Positions 61,922 to 64,000 of a stretch of DNA of 64,000 nucleotides are shown here, piece by piece. The notes beneath the pieces were generated by a model, which searched no databases, had not been told where the DNA came from, and worked only from the letters and a program-made list of their open reading frames with translations. The stretch covers positions 96,001-160,000 of the forward strand of contig CAVTUQ010000004.1 in NCBI GenBank assembly GCA_963737905.1, in the 5' to 3' direction. The DNA comes from an uncultured delta proteobacterium. Its GTDB lineage: Bacteria > Desulfobacterota > Binatia > UBA9968. Made by a program: the position numbers and the translations under genes. Every line of letters begins with the position of its first letter. Position 1 is the first letter of the stretch.

Positions 61922-63278
61922 ATGGCCCGCCCCCGTGCAAAGGTTCTCGTCGTTGACGACGATTCCTGCCACCCGCGACGGGCTAACGGCGCTGTTGGAA
62001 AACTGGGGCTATGGCGCCACCTCGGCGGCCGATGGCAAAGCGGCTCTTAAGATCTGCGAAAAGGAGCTCCCCCACGCCATCGTGACCGACCTGATGATGC
62101 CCGGCATGAACGGCATCGAGTTTATCGAAGGCCTAAACGAACAGGTGCGGCAAGTCGCCATCGTCATGATGACCGGCCAGGCGACCATCGAAACTGCGGT
62201 TCAGGCCATCAAGCTCGGTGCCTACGATTATCTCACCAAGCCGCTCGAGCCGGAGAAGTTGCGCGCCGTTCTCGAAAGGGGCCTTAAACAAGTCTCACTG
62301 GCTCGCGAATCGAGCGCTCTCCGCCAAAAGCTGGAGTCACCATTGGGTTCTTACGGGGCATTGATCGGGAAATCGACGCCGATGCGCGAGCTTTATAAGC
62401 AGTTGAGTCAGATTGCAGCGACGGATGCCGCCGTGTTGGTCAACGGTGAAAGTGGCACGGGCAAAGAATTAGTCGCGAATACGCTGCATGATCTCTCACC
62501 GAGGCGTGAGGGAAGCTTTCTTGCGCTGAACTGCGCGGCGATCTCCCCGACGCTTATGGAAAGTGAGCTTTTCGGGCACGAGAAAGGCGCCTTTACCAAC
62601 GCCATCGAGCGGCACTTGGGCTGCTTCGAGCAGGCTGACGGCGGAACGCTGTTTCTCGACGAGATCACGGAGATGGCAGCGGAAGTACAGGCGAAGTTCT
62701 TGCGCGTTCTGGAGGAAGGGCAGGTGCGCCGCATCGGTGGGAATACGAACGTACCGGTATCGGTGCGGGTCGTCGCTGCCACCAACCGCTCGCCGGCTGG
62801 CGCCGTCAAAGAAGGCAAGTTGCGCCAGGATCTTTTTTATCGCTTGAGCGTTTTTAGTGTGGAGCTGCCGCCCTTGCGGGAGCGTGGCGAAGACATAATG
62901 CTGCTGGCACGCTATTTCCTTGAATCCTTCGCCGAGAAATACCGGCGCCCCATGCTCCAATGGGCCACCGACTTCACGAGCGCTCTCCAATCTCACTTGT
63001 GGCCGGGCAATGTCCGCGAGCTACGCAATGCCATGGAGCGACTCGCGGTGCTGGCACCCGGTCCGAGCCTGACAGCGGCCGATGTGCAACAATTCTGTCT
63101 GGCCGCTGTAGTGGAAGAACCGTTCGATGCGGCACCGCTTTCACTGGCCGAGGCCGAGCGGCAAGCCATTGAACGTGCCCTGGCTGCTAGTGGCGGCAAC
63201 AAGACCCAGGCTGCAAGAATTCTCGGCATCACGCCTAAAACTCTGAACGCCAAATTGTCTCTTTATAATAAAGAGTAA
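61922..63278 (+). CDS. NtrC-family sigma54-dependent response regulator, frameshift near 61964
   Basis: KVLVVDDD from ATG61922 then a frame change; GESGTGKE, GAFTNA, WPGNVREL, Fis HTH. Confidence 0.9.
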
Positions 63279-63361
63279 TTTCTCCCTGTCGCGCTACGTT
63301 TTTACTTAGCCGGGTTACTCTCGATATTACGTAACTGGCTAACTTCACGAGCTTTTCCTCA

Positions 63362-63377
63362 TGGCACAAGCGTTGCT
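63362..63377 (+). promoter_or_regulatory. Sigma54 promoter
   Basis: TGGCAC-AAGCG-TTGCT. Confidence 0.75.
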
Positions 63378-63416
63378 CAACCATCCAAGTGGGCTATGTT
63401 CCTAAAGGGAGGACAA

Positions 63417-63548
63417 ATGAAATCACCTAACTACGTTGCCGTCTTGGCCATTCTCAACGCGATGTTACATCGCGTATCCGAGTCACTGCCTCAGATCGAA
63501 CAAGCTACTCGAGAATTGGGGCACGCTAAAATTGCCGCGACCAAGTGA
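63417..63548 (+). CDS. Small 43-aa ORF
   Basis: GGGAGG RBS just after the sigma54 promoter; MKSPNYVAVLAILNAML... Confidence 0.45.
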   Translation: MKSPNYVAVLAILNAMLHRVSESLPQIEQATRELGHAKIAATK

Positions 63549-63582
63549 AATTTGCGTGTAATCTTAACCCAGCGGAGATTTT

Positions 63583-63888
63583 ATGAAGCCGCACAAATAT
63601 ATCGCTGTCTTTTCTCTCCTAAACGCGTTGGCGTTTTGCTCGATACTTTCACCTGCAAATGCGGGACAGGGCGACAAAGGTTCGCAGTACGGCAGTCAAG
63701 CAAAGTCTCATATGAGCGAAAAGGGCGCCGCAAACTCAAACGCGCAGTGGTCGGCAGACCCGGAGCGAGGCTGGGTTCGCGCGGAAGAACGGCACCAAGG
63801 ACACGATGAGTCTCGAACAAAGGGCAAATCCAAGCAAAATCACGGCAAGCAAAAAGCCAATGGGGCAAAAGAGAAGACGAACAACTAA
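63583..63888 (+). CDS. Small secreted Gly/Lys-rich protein
   Basis: Signal peptide ending ANA, low-complexity mature part. Confidence 0.65.
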   Translation: MKPHKYIAVFSLLNALAFCSILSPANAGQGDKGSQYGSQAKSHMSEKGAANSNAQWSADPERGWVRAEERHQGHDESRTKGKSKQNHGKQKANGAKEKTNN

Positions 63889-64000
63889 CCAAATAAAGTA
63901 AAACTGCGAGATACATCGGATTGATGGGGAAGAAAGGAGAATTTGACAATGAGCACTAATACGAAGGTAATCGGTAAGGCTTCGGTGTTTTTCTTAGCGG

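Noticed and set aside
16516-63278. Programmed frameshifting or mass pseudogenisation in about ten genes (araC, flavoprotein, SDR, GT, OCD, zwf, reductase, methyltransferase, response regulator)
   Set aside because: Scattered single-base indels, some in homopolymers, in otherwise intact genes fit long-read assembly error better; read mapping is needed to settle it.
1-64000. CRISPR arrays, rRNA, tRNA (including tRNA-Sec) and sel genes
   Set aside because: None recognised by eye; the Sec machinery would have to be encoded outside this window.

Overview
GC-rich bacterial window, standard code 11. Its gene content (many orphan NitT/TauT-type substrate-binding proteins, amidohydrolases) suggests a Binatia/deltaproteobacteria-like genome; this is inference. 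The main signal is eight genes that the ORF track splits at an in-frame TGA, each sitting at the catalytic Cys position and each followed by a SECIS-like hairpin: four AhpD-like (CxxU), one OsmC-like and three AhpC/TSA-like proteins. Six lie in one divergent GntR-centred locus (28.9-38.5 kb) with a fifth, degenerate AhpD, an IspH-like Fe-S protein lacking the diphosphate-binding residues, a Cys3Asp [2Fe-2S] ferredoxin, an ornithine-cyclodeaminase-like protein, a RdhA/QueG-like protein and a nitroreductase. The window also holds three toxin-antitoxin pairs and mobile remnants (1-14 kb), thyX, a KAS/methyltransferase/flavoprotein trio, a pentose-phosphate cluster with an internally deleted rpiB, an ArsS/ArsM-like radical SAM cluster opposite an ECF/ZAS pair, moaA and a sigma54 two-component system. 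About ten genes carry single-base frameshifts, probably assembly indels. Family assignments come from motif recognition, not database searches.
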